From positions 5,084,001 to 5,148,000 of the forward strand of contig CM059432.1 of assembly GCA_030390025.1 (NCBI GenBank): a DNA stretch of 64,000 nucleotides, written 5' to 3'. This document shows positions 25,345-37,579 of the stretch, piece after piece; position 1 is the first letter of the stretch; each line of letters begins with the position of its first letter. The stretch is from Squalus acanthias. Taxonomy: Eukaryota. The notes beneath the pieces are model-generated. The model ran no database searches and had not been told where the DNA came from. It saw only the letters and a list, made by a program, of their open reading frames with translations. Position numbers and translations under genes: made by a program.

Positions 25345-27272
25345 AAAAATTATACAGCCAGAGGTACTGCCTTTAATGTTGTGAACTTGTAACTCCAAGT
25401 CCCTCTGCTCTTCCACAGCACCAAGCCCACTTCCATTGCATTTTTTTTTGTGAAAATGCAACCCCACACACTTACTGACATAGAATTCTATCTGCCACAT
25501 TTTAGCCCAATCACCCATCTTACCAATATCCCTTTTCAGTTTGCTTTGGTCTTCTATAGAATTAATTATGTCTCTTATTTTGGCATCATCTGCAAATTTC
25601 ACCACCATTCCTTCTAGGCCTATATCTAATACACAGTTATTAGTGGCCCAGAACTGAACCCTGGGGGGACACCACTACACGCTTCCAACTACTCTGGAAA
25701 AACTGCCGCTAACTCCGACTCTATGCTTTCTCCCGTCTAACCAATTCTTAAATCCAATTTGCTTTCTTCCCTGTAATTCCATACCCCTCAACCTTCTCTA
25801 GTAATCTCCTGTGTGGCAGCTTGTCAAAAGCTTTCCTGAAGTCCATGTACATGACAATCACTGTTTTCCCCCCATCTACCATGTCTGCTACCTCCTCAAC
25901 TAATTCCATGAGGTTTGTCAAGCATGATTACCCCCTTTTGAAATCCATGCTGGCTACTTCTATTATCTCATGAGAATTTCATCCTCAGATTTTTCATACC
26001 ACAGACTTCAAGTTAAATGGCCTGTAATAAGCTCCGTCTCCCCTTTTATTGGGTGTTATATTGGCCGCTCTCTAGTTCCCTGGCACACATCCATATGTAA
26101 CAGAGCCTTCTGCAGTTACCTCCCTCAACTGCTTCAGGATCCTAGGATGTATCCCATCAGGTCCTGGCACTTTGTTTTCCCTTGGCTTAGTTAACTCGCC
26201 TAAACATTTTATCCACCACAATATTGCTCATCTCACTTTCAACTGCTTATGGGTTCACCACCTGTCCGATATCCTTCCCTGGAGCAAAGGCCAATGCAAA
26301 TTTCTTTTTAAAATACCCAGCTAATTTTTGATTATCCTCTACAATTGACAATCCTCTTGCTTTTAACAATTCCCTTTTTACTGATAAATTTGTAAAATTC
26401 TTGCTGTTCCTTTTGATGTTTTTAAACTTTTTTCCTCATACTCCCTCTTAAGCTTTCCTTATCTTGCTCAACCTCTTATTTTATCATCCTCCTTTAATTT
26501 TTTTCATTATTCTTTTAGTCCTCATCTTCAATTTTAATTAGTTTCTGACCTCTATTTATCCATGGCATCCTAAAATTAGAGGTTTTCCACTTTAATAGAA
26601 TATACACGTGTGCCTTTGCAATCTCTTAAAAACATCCCAGTGCTGCTCCACAGTCCTGTGTGCCAATTTCTCCTTCCACCTCACTTTAACTGGCTCACTC
26701 CTGATCTTGCTAAAATCTGCCCTAATCCAATCTGCTGTTCTAGTTTCTTGACCAATTTTTTCCCCTTTCTAAATGGATCTCAAACCTCATCATATTGTGA
26801 TCACTACTCCCAAGATGGAAGGGAGTTCGAAGATGGGAGGGTAGTTAGCGAGGACAGATGGGTTTCAGGGTAGGGGGCGGAGGTGATGAGAGAGCCAAAG
26901 GAGGACATACCAAAGCAATTCAAGTCAAACTAGATACTTGGCCAATCATGCTAAATAATGTTCAATAGGCTAGGTCAAATGAACAGAGGTAGCAGATGAG
27001 ATTAAACACCGATAAATGAAAAGTCATGAGATTAGGGAGAAGGAACAATGTTGGGTACATAGTGAATGCTAATGTGCCTGAGGTAGCAGCAAGCAAGGTA
27101 GAGGGTTTTGCTGAAATGGTTGTTACAACTGTGGTTCACCGTTTGCAGCAAATAAAATGGATATGTAGCTACAGCAGTGATATGAATCAAAAGGATGACA
27201 GTGGTATCTCGGCTTGGTGACGCCACATTTGAAACGTTGCCTTTAGTTTAGTCCCCGTATTATAGATAATAG

Positions 27273-27409
27273 TTCTGATGAAAGGTCATCGGCCTGAAAC
27301 GTTAACTCTGTTTCTCTCTCCATAGATGCGGCCTGACCTGCTGAGTATTTCCAGCACTTTCTGTTGGTATTTCAGATTTCCAGCATCCGCAGTATTTTTC
27401 TTTTGTTAA
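27273..27409 (+). mobile_element. Mini Penelope-like insert starting at a hammerhead motif (family A), 9-bp TSD
   Basis: Highly similar to 7872-8000. HHR AGTT-CTGATGA-A-AGGTC(ATC)GGCCT-GAAAC-GT-T-AACT at 27271-27307. TSD AGATAATAG at 27264-27272 and 27410-27418. Confidence 0.82.
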
Positions 27410-27418
27410 AGATAATAG

Positions 27419-28245
27419 GGCTGTGGATGTTCAGTCCCTGAGTATATTCAAGATGGAAATCAATAGATTTTTGGACACTAGATCAGCTATGATCTTACTG
27501 AATAGCGAGCAGGCTCGAAGGGCCGTATGGCCTACTCCTTTTCCTATTTTTTATGGTCTTCGGTAAGATGTAGAATTATTGGAGGGAGTCCAGAAGAGGT
27601 CTACGAGACTTGTTTATGAACGAAAAGGACCGTTAACGAATAAACAACATCTGAGATTTTATTCTCTGGAGAGGAGGAGGATCATCAGGGAGAATGGATA
27701 GAGGTATTTTCAAAAATAAATTCAACAGGTATGGAGAATTCTAATCCAAAAAAGATCTTCTATTGAGCACAAGATTCCAGGACTGGGGCTCACAGTTTAG
27801 ATTTAAAGGTGTCAAAGGAATACCCAAACTTTAAGCAACATTTTTCTTAAGAGGGTGATAAAATTTTGATCTGTTTATCCAAGACAAGTTTAAATAAAAT
27901 AGGACTGGATGAATTCTTGCTAGTTCTAGAATCACAGTAAAGAAGCTACGAAAGGTTTGGAAGGGTAGGCTAGACCAATAATCTTCTCTGGCCCAGATGC
28001 TGCTATGATCTGAAATGCACAGCCTGATAGAGCAGTGGAAACAGATTTAATAGCAGCTTTCAAAGGGGAATTGGATAAATACTTGAAGAAAAAATTTGCA
28101 GGGATATGGGGAAAGAGCAGGGGGGGGGGGGGGGGGGGGGGGAGCAGGGGGGCGGGGGGAGTGGGACTAACTGGATTGCTCTTAAAGAGCCGGCGCAGAC
28201 TCAATGTCCCAAATGGCCTCCTTCTGTGCTGTACTAGCCTATGTA
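27419..28245 (+). mobile_element. Cluster of CR1 3' fragments of different ages
   Basis: Repeated CR1 tail motifs and a degenerate LEGVQKR..R..YSLERRR region. Confidence 0.65.
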
Positions 28246-28636
28246 TGTTACATGAATGAACTACTTTCAAAGTGCCATCACTTAAGTCGGTAAATTAGTT
28301 ACATACTGTTATTAAATACACTTAAAGTAAATGGAAGAATATTTAAATGGGGAAAGTGACAAATTTAATACTCAAATGTGCACAGAGACAGATTTAGAGT
28401 GATGGTTTTTGACCTTGTTTTTGACTTTATCCTCTCACGGGACCATTTGGTTTGCTTATAGCTTCAAGCTGAGGAAGGCAATTAAAATTTTAGACACTGA
28501 CAAAATATGTAGTCAATGCCACAGTGAGAAGGCCGTGAGTTGCGCCCATAACCGATGTGGCAGTGTTTTAACCTCACCCACTGAGCAACTTTTATTTAAG
28601 AGGGGAATTTAACTGACTTAAGTTTAGCCGAAACTA

Positions 28637-28881
28637 CAGTAAACTCTTTCTTATCCGGCACCTATGGGACCAGGATGGTGCCGGTTGATGAAAAATTCTG
28701 GATAACAGAGGTATACCTACCAAGGCAATTTTTAACACAAACAAAAATAAAAACCACTGACTAACTCGGCCACCGAGGGAGACTCGGACTCTGCAAAACA
28801 AGTGCTGGATGGATTCAGCAAGATTACCGGTTATCTATGTATTCTGGATGATTAAGTGCCGTTTAAACAAGAGTTTACTTG
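28637..28881. mobile_element. Tc1/mariner-pogo-like MITE, TA TSD
   Basis: TA|CAGTAAACTCTT...AAGAGTTTACTTG|TA. Related to 58086-58463. Confidence 0.75.
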
Positions 28882-29178
28882 TATTTGAGTGAATGGCTGG
28901 CACACACACCATTTGCCATCAGACTCATTTCTTTTCCTGTGGCGGAGGAAGGGGAAGTGGGGGGGGGGGGGGTGCGGCGGCAGGAAGAGGAGGAGAGAAG
29001 ACAGGAAGGGCACATTACACATTGCTCCCTAAAATCAATACAGATATTATCTGTATGGAGATACTTCAACAGGCAATATTTCAAAATATTGTACATATCT
29101 AGGACATTGAGGTACCCTGGCCTTTTGATATCCCCTCTCAACCCATCAGTTTCACAATGTGGGAAGTTAAACACTAAC

Positions 29179-29329
29179 CAATGCTCCTGCTGCATAAAGC
29201 ATTGCTTGATCATTGAGAAAATCTTTCTTTGCTGTATGGTAGCAGCTGTAGGCCAGGTCGTAATGCTGAACCAAGAAACACAGATCGGCCATTTTTCGTA
29301 TTTGCAATTCCGGAGCTTCTGGCGGATAC
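29179..29329 (-). CDS. TRAPPC8: TRAPPC8 exon, 151 nt: YPPEAPELQIRKMADLCFLVQHYDLAYSCYHTAKKDFLNDQAMLYAAGAL
   Basis: Manual translation matches TRAPPC8 closely. Acceptor tttatccag, donor gttagt, phase 2-0. Confidence 0.97.
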
Positions 29330-30068
29330 CTGGATAAAGTTAAGCAGTGAATTAAATGTAATCAGACCAACATAGTATGCAATCAGCTAAAACTCGATTC
29401 CCCCATTGTAAGAGGTCCCAGATTCGGACGTACCAATTTATATTGATCCACAGGTATAAAATTTTGAAGCATTTCTAGTCACTCATACTAAACACAACTA
29501 CCACATCGTCCAGGAAGTCGACTCAATGGTTCTGAACTGTAAAACTATGGACGTGTACTCAAAAAGTAACAAAGGGATATTACCTGCTTGATTCTGAACA
29601 ATTCTTTTCTCCTTTTCAAATGCAACAAAATCAAGCCTAGAAGAACAGTTCCTATTTATCTCCCTGGCCCGCAATAAGTGTTTAATCTTTACTAAAAACG
29701 TCAGTGGAAACCTTCCACCCAGAGGTTACCGCGATCTTAGCAAACCTTGCCGTACTTTGCCTTTAGTTCCTTGCCCCTTTCTTCTTCATTGCCTTTTGAT
29801 GGTTTCCCCTACCCCACCCACCCCGCTCAAGGTTACGACCCTTCAATTTCTTCCCCTGATGTTCGATTTTTGTTGTAAAATCTCGCTACAGCTTGTCTCA
29901 ATCTTTGCCATAGAATACTTTCTCCAGCTGTACCCCAAAACAAAGCCGTAAAACAGCAACGGCGAACTTGTCCTTTCACTGTGAAGTCTTGAATTTAAAC
30001 ATTTGGAGTCTTTCTGAATCAACGCAAACCAAGAGAATTTTGCCAAAAACACCGAGTGCTCTACTTAC

Positions 30069-30184
30069 AATAGGCTGGTGGCATTTTTAAGCTCATTTAT
30101 GGTTTTCTCCGGTACTTTACTCCCGCTGAACCACTTTTTAGTAGCCGTGAATAAAGAACGACTTAGACCTTTTCTAGACACCAG
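30069..30184 (-). CDS. TRAPPC8: TRAPPC8 exon, 116 nt: LVSRKGLSRSLFTATKKWFSGSKVPEKTINELKNATSL(L)
   Basis: Manual translation matches TRAPPC8. Acceptor tttctgcag, donor gtaagt, phase 0-2. Confidence 0.96.
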
Positions 30185-30919
30185 CTGCAGAAACATAAGT
30201 TTGTGACACAAACTAAGATAAAAGCGGAGCGCTTTAACAATTTACTACACGAGTAACGCATCATTTTAGACTTCCACCGCACTATTCAAAAAAGGTAGAA
30301 GCAGCTTTTATACAAAGTAATTGCAACATAACACAAAAATAATGTACAATTGAAATGTGCCCTTGAACATATAAACCAAATATTTTCAATAATCTTGACT
30401 ACTGTAACAACCTCTTCCCTCCTCATCCAACTATTCCTTCTTACAAAGTGGAGATTAAAAAAAGTTTTCATTTAGCTCTCGAACAAACTTAACTAGATTT
30501 TAATTTAAAAAAAATTAAACTGCAGCACAGTCAATTGTTTCAGTTCATCCAATTCATTTTTTAAAAAGTTGCTTTTAATTTAATAATGGTAATACATTGG
30601 CATACTGTTGTACGTTACATAATGAGGCACAAAATAAGACAAAGCTTTAGCCAGCAATTCGGCAGGCCAAGTTTCAAACTCAGCTAATCCACGAGAGGTT
30701 TCCGAATGGTTAACACTTCACTTCCAATTCTTCCCAATCTAGCAGTCAACTCAACAAATGCACTCGCTCGCTCGGGAGGTTATCTCTGCTCTGAGGTTAA
30801 AAATAATCTAGGAAGTAGAGGGAGAAGTATCCATTTCAAACCATTTTTAATTTTATTTTTAATTTTAAATTTTTTTTAAAAAAATGGTATGAGATTTGGG
30901 GTGAGAATAAGCAAGCAAA

Positions 30920-31345
30920 AGAACTATATAGCGCCTTTCATAACCTTTGAACGCCCCAAAGCGCTTTACAGCCAATAAAGTACTTTTTCAAGTGTATTCA
31001 ATGTTGTAATGTAGGAAACATGGCAGCCAATTTGCGCACAGTAAGCTCCCACAAACAGCAATGTGCTAATGACCAGATAATCTGTTTTTTAGTGATGTCG
31101 GTTGAGGGATAAATATCGGCCAGGACGTTGGAGAGAACTCCCCTGCTCTTGTTCGAATAGTGCCATGAGATTTTTACGTCCACCTGAGGGGGCAGATGGG
31201 ACCTCGGTTTAATGTCTCATCCGAAAGACGGCACGTTCTGCCATTGAAGCACTTCCTTAGAACTGCACTGAGAGTACCAGCCTAGATTACGCGCTCAAGT
31301 CTCTGTAGTGGGACTTGAACCCACAATCTTTGGACTCGGAGCCAA
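30920..31345 (-). mobile_element. DeuSINE copy
   Basis: Reverse complement of the family consensus seen at 55532-56003. Confidence 0.85.
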
Positions 31346-32220
31346 ATTGAAGATTTTCACAAATCTAATTCTTGCAGTTTATGTTACTGGCTGCAAGACA
31401 GCAGCATAATAACAAAGGTAGATAAGAGCAAACTGTACAGCCATCTTTCCCATCAGTAAAACAGAATGGCTAAAGATACAAGAAAGGCAGAGTGAATTAT
31501 TTGGCTGGTGACTCGGTGTTCACATAGATTATGGGTACATCTGCATTCTGGCCAAAAATGGCCATTACAAAATTACCAACGTTGAAAAACAAGAGACAGG
31601 AAAAAACCGCAGAGTCTGTTCCAAGCCTTTATGGTGCAACTTCGCACCATGCCCCCAGCGCCCCCACCCACCAGCAGCCACAGAACCTCCTGGGACAGGC
31701 AAAAAAAAATTAATTCTCCAGGACAATTTTTTTAAAAATCCGAGGTTGGAAGGAGGAGCACTTTTCTGTGCACACAAAACTGATTTAGTTGGGATGGTGA
31801 ATGGGCAGCAACAGCCTACTCAAAATATTTACCACAGCAGTTAGATTGAGCCAAGATACAGATCAGCCATGATCTGATTGAATGGCGGAACAGACTCAAG
31901 AAGCTGTGTTCCTATGTTTGTTCCTATTAATATTTAAAGTAAGGCTAGCTGAGTTTAATTTTAGCATCCTTCATGTGGTCTTCAACAAACGTATTACTTG
32001 AATTTGGTATATTATAGTTTATAGCTTGGCCATTGGACTCTGTGGGCCACTTCATGATGCCTCAAAGAAAATACACCCCTGCGCAACGCAGTGCTTTTGC
32101 ACCACCTAGTGACAGGAAATTACTACTGCAAGACCTTCAATACTGTATTTGCAGCATTAAACCAAACAGCAAACAGCAGTCTTCACCGCATTCTCTTTCA
32201 AAATTAACAAACTTGTCAAG

Positions 32221-32376
32221 CAGTGTTCCCTCTAAGTGCAGTATTGGGAAAGGTCCCACGCAGGCCGCTTACCGGCTTTTACACTGTAAATACCGCGCTG
32301 GCGCAGAAATTTAAAGGGACCGCACATTAAAAGAAACAGGCAGCGCAGAACAAATCGCATTTTGCAGGGAACATTG
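32221..32376. mobile_element. hAT-like MITE with 8-bp TSD
   Basis: TIR CAGTGTTCCCT / AGGGAACATTG. Flanks TTGTCAAG / GTGTCAAG. Confidence 0.75.
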
Positions 32377-32771
32377 GTGTCAAGTATTAAAAGTTCCCTA
32401 AATTAATGCAGATAGCTGAGCAAATGATGCTGAAAGAAATCAATTGCCAGTCCTGTTACGTGGGCAGCTTATGTGACATTATCCATGAATAAGGATTTGC
32501 AACACACTGCAGCTTTAATAAAGTTATTCTTTGACCCACAAGGCAAGACCAGCTCAAACTCATCCCTTCGTATTACACCGGATTAAAAAGGACAATCCTA
32601 AAATCCCTGCATCGTGGGGTGGATTCAAAACCAGGTTCCAAAAGGTTAAAAAAAGACTAAAAACTCACTGTACCATCTGCCCTGCTGGTAGTCAACACTG
32701 AGTAATGCTAACAGCAAATTACTCAAATTGCTGCTGGTTTCCCAAATCTCAATGTGAAAGTACACATCTCC

Positions 32772-33185
32772 GGTTCAAGTCCCACTCCAGGGACCTGAGC
32801 ACATAAGCTCGGCTGACACTCCATTGCAGTACTGAGGGAGCACTGCACTGTCGGAGGTGCCGTCTTTCGGATGAGACGTTAAGCCGAGGCCCCGTCTGCT
32901 CTCAGGTGGACGTAAAAGAGCCCATGGCACTATTTCGAAGAGCAGCAGGGGAGTTCGCCCTGGTGTCCTGGACAATATTTATCCCTCAACCAACATCACT
33001 CAAATAGATTATCTGGTCATTATCACATTGCTGTTTGTGGGAGCTTGCCGTGTGCAAATTAGCTGCCGCGTTTCCCACATTACAACAGTGACTACACTTC
33101 AAAAAGTACTTCATTGGCTGTAAAGCGCTTTAAAACGGCCGATGGTCATGAAAGGCGCTATAGAAATGCAAGTCTTTCTTTTCTT
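32772..33185 (+). mobile_element. DeuSINE copy
   Basis: B box, Deu-domain motif and L2-like tail. Confidence 0.85.
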
Positions 33186-33440
33186 CAGCTCCACATTCAG
33201 CAGCCATATCGACACTTGCTCGGTCTGAATCACCTGTGGTAATGCTACCTACCCCCAGTTTAAACGTCAGAATGCCAGCATGCAAGACTCTTGAATTCAT
33301 AGAGTGAGAATGATGTAATGTGATTATAATAATCCCAAACGTATGGATACTTTCTCGACAGTCAAAGATATTTTTGCACCTAGAGGTCAAAAGAAGCTGA
33401 GAATGATCATTGTCTGGAATAACCAACTGCCCTAAATTTT

Positions 33441-33548
33441 TAAAAGCAAGATACTGAGGATGCTGGAAATCTGAAATAAAAACAGAAAATGCTGGAGACA
33501 AACGTTAACTCTGTCTAACCTGAGTATTTCCAGCATTTTCTGTTTTTA
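33441..33548. mobile_element. Tiny inverted Penelope-like terminal remnant (family A), 13-bp TSD
   Basis: Inverted pair ATAAAAACAGAAAATGCTGGA / TCCAGCATTTTCTGTTTTTAT around AAACGTTAACT. TSD TGCCCTAAATTTT at 33428-33440 and 33549-33561. Confidence 0.75.
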
Positions 33549-34711
33549 TGCCCTAAATTTTAGATGTCTTGTGAATCACGCAGCCCTTCCGAGAAATGGT
33601 CTTATTCATCTTCAAGTATAGGACTCAGGTCTACGCTGCCAGGCGGTCTTACCAATATCGGGGGAGCTGGGTTCTTGCTCCCAACTATTGTGCAGCAATC
33701 CCAGTGGGAGGTATGTATCGGTGGACTTAATAAAAGAAATAGGAGCAGGAGTAGGCCATTCAGCCCTTCGAGCATGCTCCGCCATTCAATAAGATCATGA
33801 CTTGGCACGAGGACATTAAACGGTTTGTCGATGCTCGCTGTCTAAGCTTGCACGTGAAGAATGACCACTACAGCACGATGCCCAACAGCAGCTCAGCAGG
33901 AAGTTAACTCCTTCAGGAAAGGGAGAAACCAAAACCAAACCAAACCCCAGAAACACTGCCTTTGCAAATTACTGTGTCAGAAAGACTTCTGCCCGTGGAA
34001 ATAGTTTCGAAACAAATCAAGATATTATTTTTATGGGGAACATATTTGGTTGATTAACCCTCGTCTCTACAGAATGTCCATTGTTGAAAAGATTTTCCAA
34101 TCAAAACCCGCTCCAAAAGGCAGCAAAGCCAATAGACATTAAGCTTCAATGATGAACTACTTTCAATGCTCATGCAGATGCTCGGCATACAATTAATTTT
34201 AATTGCAGCGTGAACAGACTACTGTAGAAATTATTATTTTTGCAAAAACATCCACCTTATCGACTCCATGTGATTTCTTACTTAAGTCGATGAAACATAC
34301 CTGGAAACATGAAAGATAATGAATCTTTCTCCTCTCAAATAAAAGTTTGTACAAGGGTGAAGTTGCTAACGTGAGGAATGATCTCACTGTGAATATAATT
34401 CTATCTTTGTTCCCAACAACAGCAGTAGAAACTCAATGATCAGACAAGAACGTGGTGTGGGTTACAGTCAACACAATGTAAAGCACTGTTTGCACTTACT
34501 CACAGCGGGGAGACCCAGCAGATGAAATGGGTGATTTATAAATATTCCTACAATTCAGTTATATCTTTATTGCATTGTGGTTATTTTTCTACTGGCAGAA
34601 ATAAGCAGCATGTTTGAGCTCGATAACCTCCAGGATAAGATGTGTACGCCATCTCCACATGAAATGTTGGTTCTATCTTTTCTTTTTCCCAGATGCTGAT
34701 TGTCCTGCGGT

Positions 34712-34869
34712 CAATGTTCCCTTTAAGCCGCGCCGCGGTCTGGAGGTCCCGCGCGGCTGGCTCACCTGCTTTTAAAGGGAAAAACAGCGCACGCGCGGAG
34801 TTTTGAATGGGCCGCGCAGCCCGTTAAAGGGGATGCGCAGGCCCAAAAAAAGTTAGAGGGGGAACATTG
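34712..34869. mobile_element. hAT-like MITE (CpG-rich)
   Basis: TIR CAATGTTCCC / GGGAACATTG. Internal similarity to the copies at 17824 and 23247. Confidence 0.72.
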
Positions 34870-35155
34870 CCTACTGCAAACTTCAAGCAGTTTGGCTTCA
34901 TTTCCAAATTATAGCATTTGCAGTTTTTCTTTTTAAATAAAGAACTTGCATTTATACAGCGCCTTTCACGACCTCAGGACGTCCCAAAGCACTTTACAGC
35001 CAATAAAGTACTTTTGAAGTGTAGTCACTGTTGTGCTGTTGCAATATTTTAAACATTGTTTCACATGAACTACTGGGAATATGGGTATCTGACCACCTAG
35101 AGTTGGCAGCATATGTTCCTTTAAAAGAAATATGCAGATAAAACTATAGCCACAC

Positions 35156-35409
35156 CTGATCATTCAGTTGCCGGATAGTCTTTTCAATGTGTGGCAGTAA
35201 TCCCCGAAAAGTGAACTCCTGAATGAACTGTCTAATTCGATCGTGATCTGTCAGCGTTAAACTGAGTCCATGCGCACTCGAGTTGTTCTGTTTTATTGCA
35301 TCATTTATTGTCTCCACAGGCTTCGGTCGGTTAGGACCATCGAGGCCCCCTGACTTCACAAGGACGCCTTCCTCAAATGGATGGGATGTAAAGTTGTTTG
35401 GAATTCCAT
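35156..35409 (-). CDS. TRAPPC8: TRAPPC8 exon, 254 nt: (D)GIPNNFTSHPF...HGLSLTLTDHDRIRQFIQEFTFRGLLPHIEKTIRQLNDQ
   Basis: Inside ORF 35144..35443. Acceptor ttttcacag, donor gtgtgg, phase 1-0. Confidence 0.96.
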
Positions 35410-35567
35410 CTGTGAAAAATGAAGAGAGAATTGTTGTAAACATGTGTGCTGGTCAATCTCCTAGGAAGTCAAGGCCTGTATAGTGTTGAAAAGCTTCCAG
35501 CTGATGCTCCCAAAGAGTTTGATTAACAGTACAACCTGAAACAGTGAAGAAAAAAACTACAGCTATA

Positions 35568-36515
35568 TGAACATAAGAATTAGGGGGAGTAGGCCATACG
35601 GCCCCTCAAGCCTGCTCCGCCATTCAATAAGATCATGGCTGATCTTAGACCTCAACTCCACTTTCCCGCCACCCTATCCCTGGATTCCCCTAGAGTCCAA
35701 AAATCTATCGATCTCAGCCTTGAATATACGCAGCGACTCAGCAGCCACAGCCCTCTGGGGTAGAGAATTCCAAAGATTCACAACCCTCTGGGTGAAGAAA
35801 TTCCTCCTCATCTCAATCTTAAATGGCTGACCCCTTATCCTGAGACTCTGCCCCCTTGTTCTGGACACTCCAGCCAGGAGAAACAACCTCTCAGCATCTA
35901 CCCTGTCAATCCCCCTCAGAATCTTGTATGTTTCAATGAGACCACCTCTCATTCTTCTAAACTCCAGAGAGTATAGGCCCAATCTAGTCAATCTCTCCTC
36001 ATAGGACAACCCAGGGATCAATCTAGGTGAACCTTTGTTGCACTAAGGCAAGTATATCCTTCCTTCGATAAGGAGACCAAAACTGTGCACAGTACTCCAG
36101 GTGTGGTCTCATCAAAGCCCTGTATAATTGTAGCAAGACTTCCTTACTCTTGTACTCTAAACCTCTTGCAATAAATGCCAACATGACATTTGCCTTCCTA
36201 ATTACTTGCTGCACCTGCACGCCAACTGTTTCCTATAAAGGAAACCTAAATCTCTCTGAACACCAACATTTAATAGTTTCTCACCATTTAAAAAAAATAT
36301 TCTGTTCTTCTATTCTTCCTACCAAAGTGAATAACCTCACATTTCCCCACATTATACTCCATCTGCCACCTTATTAGCCACTCACTTAACCTGTCTATAT
36401 CCCTTCGCAGGCTCTTTGTGTCCTCCTCACAGCTTACCTTCCCACCTAGCTTTGGATCTTCAGCAAACTTGGATACATTACACTCAGTCCCTTTATCCAA
36501 GTCATTCATATAGAC
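35568..36515 (-). mobile_element. CR1 LINE 3' about 0.95 kb
   Basis: ORFs 35674..36021, 36023..36220 and 36288..36509 are consecutive CR1 ORF2 pieces. Confidence 0.9.
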
Positions 36516-37164
36516 TGTTAAAAGTTAACGCAATAAAGGGGAGAATTTCAATGTTTTGATTATTTTATTTTCTTGACAACCACAACAGGAAAACTGAACC
36601 CACAGAAAGCAGCACAAACTACATACGCCACCGTTAACAAAAGATTCCTGATGAAGGCTGCAGCACAGCTAAGCAAACGCCAGTCAATGAATAAATTTAA
36701 TTGCTCGCACCTCTGAATCAAGAAATTCATACAACAGTGGGGCACAGGGGGAATGAAAGAAAAAAGGAGCAACAGGCACCAGGGAATAAATAGGTACGTA
36801 GATCGGAGTGAATTAATAAATCAACAGACCCACAGGCACACCAATTAATAAATTAATGGAGCTGTTGGCGCCGCTGAAATAATATCCCCATCCGAACTCT
36901 GCTGCTGATGCCTCCTGCCAATGTTGTCATTAACTGACTTTCACCAGTTTCACTGGCAGCTTATGCTTTAATGTTCCAAGGGCTGAGGAACAATGTCGCA
37001 AGGGCACTACAGGAAACTGAAGGCTGCGGTTGTATTAAAAGTGGGAACTACTACACTAAAAAGGTTAACCTACTAAAATAGTTTAATTCCTCAGTTGAAT
37101 AAAGTGCAATTTAAATGACCTTGGGCCTTAACTTTCTTTTGCAGAGTGTAGAGGCATCATAGAA

Positions 37165-37579
37165 ACATAGAAGATAGGAGCAGGAGTAGGCCATTCGGCC
37201 CCTCGAGCCTGCTCCGCCATTTAATGAGATCATGGCTGATCATCCAAATTCAGTACCCTGTCCCTGCTTTCTCCCCATATCCCTTGATCCCTTTAGCCTT
37301 AAGAAATATATCTATCTCCTTGTATAAATTTAATGAATTGGCCTCAACTGCCTTCTGTGGTAGAGAATTCCACAGGTTCACCACTCTCTGGGTGAAGAAA
37401 TTCCTCCTCATCTCAGTCCTAAATGGCTTACCCCTTATCCTTAGACTGTGACCCCTGGTTCTGGACTCCCCGGCCATCGGGAACATCCTTCCTGCATCTA
37501 GTCTGTCTAGTCCTGTTGGAATTTTATAAGTTTCAATGAGATCCCCTCTCATTTTTCTAAACTCTAGCGAATAGAAGCC
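37165..37579 (-). mobile_element. CR1 LINE 3' fragment (same subfamily as 5698-9971)
   Basis: Near-identical to 5700-6110. Flanked by TCATAGAA at 37157-37164 and 37580-37587. Confidence 0.88.

Larger units (their letters stand above)
24310..26740 (-). mobile_element. Old degenerate CR1 LINE hosting a palindromic Penelope-like insert
   Basis: KFADDAKI motif (ORF 25300..25608), decayed RT, CR1 3' end near 24310. Confidence 0.8.

Noticed and set aside
29321..29329. GTATCC on the minus strand resembling a second U12 donor
   Set aside because: It reads GTATCCGCC, lacks the TTT, and is the coding start of an exon (L-Y-P-P).
28879..29337. 152-aa plus-strand ORF
   Set aside because: Antisense to a TRAPPC8 exon and a G-run, with no recognisable protein similarity.
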